Origin: Mytilus edulis
Taxonomy: Eukaryota
Reading direction: 5' to 3'
Assembly: GCF_963676685.1 (NCBI RefSeq)
Contig: NC_092349.1
Location: 49,786,001 to 49,850,000, forward strand
Length of the DNA stretch: 64,000 nt
The notes beneath the pieces are model-generated. The model had not been told where the DNA came from. It saw only the letters and a program-made list of their open reading frames with translations, and searched no databases. Below are positions 61,665 to 64,000 of the stretch, piece by piece (the stretch's first letter is position 1; each line of letters begins with the position of its first letter). Both the position numbers and the translations under genes were made by a program.

Positions 61665-63296
61665 ATGACATTTTCACAGTCCATACGTTGATCCCAACAT
61701 CCAATGGAAATGCCAAGACTGCAATCTCCTTATGTGTCAGACATGTAATGATAAAATACATCCAAAATTTAGAAATGCTTGTAAACATAGGATATGTGAT
61801 GTAAAAGAAGTTGGTATTATCAACGAAGAACAAGATATAATCATAGATTTCTCCAACATTCCGTGCCAGATACACCAGGGTCAAGACTGTTGCGTATTCT
61901 GTAAAGCTTGTGATTACTTAATTTGTGCAACTTGTGTTTCAACAACACACAATGGGCATACAATGGGGGAAATAAAGGAGTTTTATGAAATAAAAATGAA
62001 CACTGTAAGGAAGGTCAAAACAGACGTTAAATTTAAGCAAAGACGATTAAAAAAGGATGAACTATCTTTGGCTAGAATAAATAAATATAAATCAGAAAGT
62101 TACATTCACGCTAAGAAAGATATTATATCCCAAACGACAACTCTAACGGATGCTGTTGCTTTGTATTCAGACAAACTTCTTTCTGATCTGGATCGAGATC
62201 ACCAATATATAACAAAAGCTTATGATGAAGATAAAGAAACTATACAAAATATGAAATTAAGGATTAACAAGAATATTAACGAAATTGAAGATGTTTCACG
62301 TACTACAGATGCAGCAAAATTCTTCAAACAATTTGAAAATTTAACCTTAATGGAAAAGGATTTACCATTACTCGCATTCCCAGATGACACAGTGATGGAA
62401 TTTGACTCAGGGAAGATCACGCAGTCGAATTTTGGTTCATTGCATAAAATGAAGAAAATTCCGAAGTGTGAAGTCATGCTTGAAGCATCAAAAGAATTTC
62501 AGAGTTAAAATGTATCCACTATATTGCAGTAGATAACAATAACTCCTTCTGGATAACTGACTTCGAATCATCCGTGTTGCAGAAAATCAAACATGACGGA
62601 AATCATCATGAAATTTTACATAGCTTCAACATTAAGGCTTACGGGATGGCTATAAATAGTTCCAATGACCTCCTTCTTTGCATTGGAGATTCGAGAATAC
62701 TACAGATAAAGAATGAAGCAAATGATATAATTGACTCCAAATATAATGTCTCACCTTTTGATGCAGTTGCTGTCCATATCACTAGAGAAAATATAATAGT
62801 ATGCGGGGGACACACACCAGCTGTCATTGTTATGGATCTAGTGGGGAAAAAGCTAGCTGTCTACAGACATAACAATAACATACCCCTCTTCAATCATCCA
62901 TTAAATATAACAAGTACAAAGAATGGTATCATTTTTGTTCTTGATTTTAACGCTGAAGCAGAAACATGCAAAGTTGTAGTGATCGGAGCTGCGATGAAAA
63001 TTCTAAATATGTATGAAGGAAATAAAGACATAAATACAAGGCGTCCATTAAAGTCTATTAGAATAGCAACAACCCCAAAAGACTATGTAGTAGTCACAGA
63101 TACTAACAATAGCCTATTGCATGTTTTAGACAGTGATGGACAATTCATCACATACTACAAGACTGAAGATGTAGAAATATTTAATCCTGTGTCTATGGCT
63201 TTCAACTCTGAAGGACAACTGTATATTGGATGTCATCCACCTGAAAATAGTTTAGACAAAGCTACACTGTATGAAGTGAACATTTATGAGTACTAA
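61665..63296 (+). pseudogene. RING-less TRIM-like gene (B-box1, B-box2, coiled coil, NHL/beta-propeller) with two frameshifts
   Basis: Acceptor at 61630. ATG 61665 gives MTFSQSIR then TGA. Out-of-frame DPNIQWKCQDCNLLMCQTCNDKIH lacks the first CxxC. B-box2 is CQIHQGQDCCVFCKACDYLICATCVSTTHNGH. A second shift at ~62503 (EFQ|ELKCIHYIAV) leads into propeller repeats ending at 63296. Confidence 0.85.
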
Positions 63297-64000
63297 TTTT
63301 GATATAGCAATGATTTATATCATATGATAGGATATTCTTCTTCATTCCAACAAATTTCAGTGCTAGTAGAGAATATCATCAGTATATGTTTTGGCATCTT
63401 AGAATGTATCTGATTAATCTGGAATAAATTTGTATGATTTGGCAAAGTTAAATCTAAAATATTTTTGTCCGCAAAACAAACTTAATATTTTACTCAATTG
63501 GTATCTCGGAAGTGTGTTAGAAAATACTGTCATGCATTGCAACACTGCATACTCTAGACTAGGTTTTTTTGTGAGTCCTCTAATAAAAATCACAATGTCA
63601 AAATCGTCTGGAATATGTAAAATCTAGATCTTATATGAGTTAATCAATGCAATATCCTTAGAAGTAATGGGGTTCCAACAGTATAAATAATATCAGTACA
63701 TTTAAGCATGATAGCAGAATATCTCAAGTGTCACATTGAATGAGTGTTCATCTTCTATATGTATTGACAAATAAATTGGCTTTGATAGTAAAGGAAACTT
63801 CAATAAAAGTAAATCTTTATATCCCATAGATTTACCTTCTGTCAGATTTATCTAAGTCTGATGACGACAGGGAGACTTTTTGTCGAGGTTTGAATAAATT
63901 AAGAAATTCAAAACTAATTGTCTGTTGAGAAATGTTTCAAGCCTACGTTAAGAATTTGTCAACCCAGATATCAATTTTTAAGGACATTGCACTAAATAAA

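Overview
AT-rich, intron-containing eukaryotic DNA with scaffold N-gaps. The repeat families (V-, Meta- and Deu-type SINEs, Helentron-type HINEs, hammerhead retrozymes, Penelope-like RTs) and RING-less B-box/NHL genes point to a bivalve, probably a Mytilus-type mussel (inference from recognised sequence families, not a database hit). Splice-phase reconstruction gives two intact multi-exon genes that the ORF track breaks up. (1) A 704-aa protein (10789-22537, +) with no evident signal peptide. It joins a degenerate dynamin/mitofusin-like helical and hydrophobic module to a bacterial/NAL1-style trypsin-fold serine protease with an intact H-D-S triad. (2) A 485-aa type II membrane protein (41048-51980, +) with 7 EGF repeats and an uncharacterised C-terminal domain. 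Three genes are damaged: a YIL108W-like metalloprotease, a Toll-like LRR receptor cut by a LINE, and a B-box/coiled-coil/NHL TRIM-like gene. There is also a tandem duplication (1198-14074), a ~2.9-kb (ACT)n array and many mobile elements. RNA-level signals: a canonical eukaryotic SECIS hairpin (2729-2794, minus strand) in the 3' UTR of a Penelope-like (Naiad-type) retroelement, and a decayed two-hammerhead retrozyme unit in an intron.
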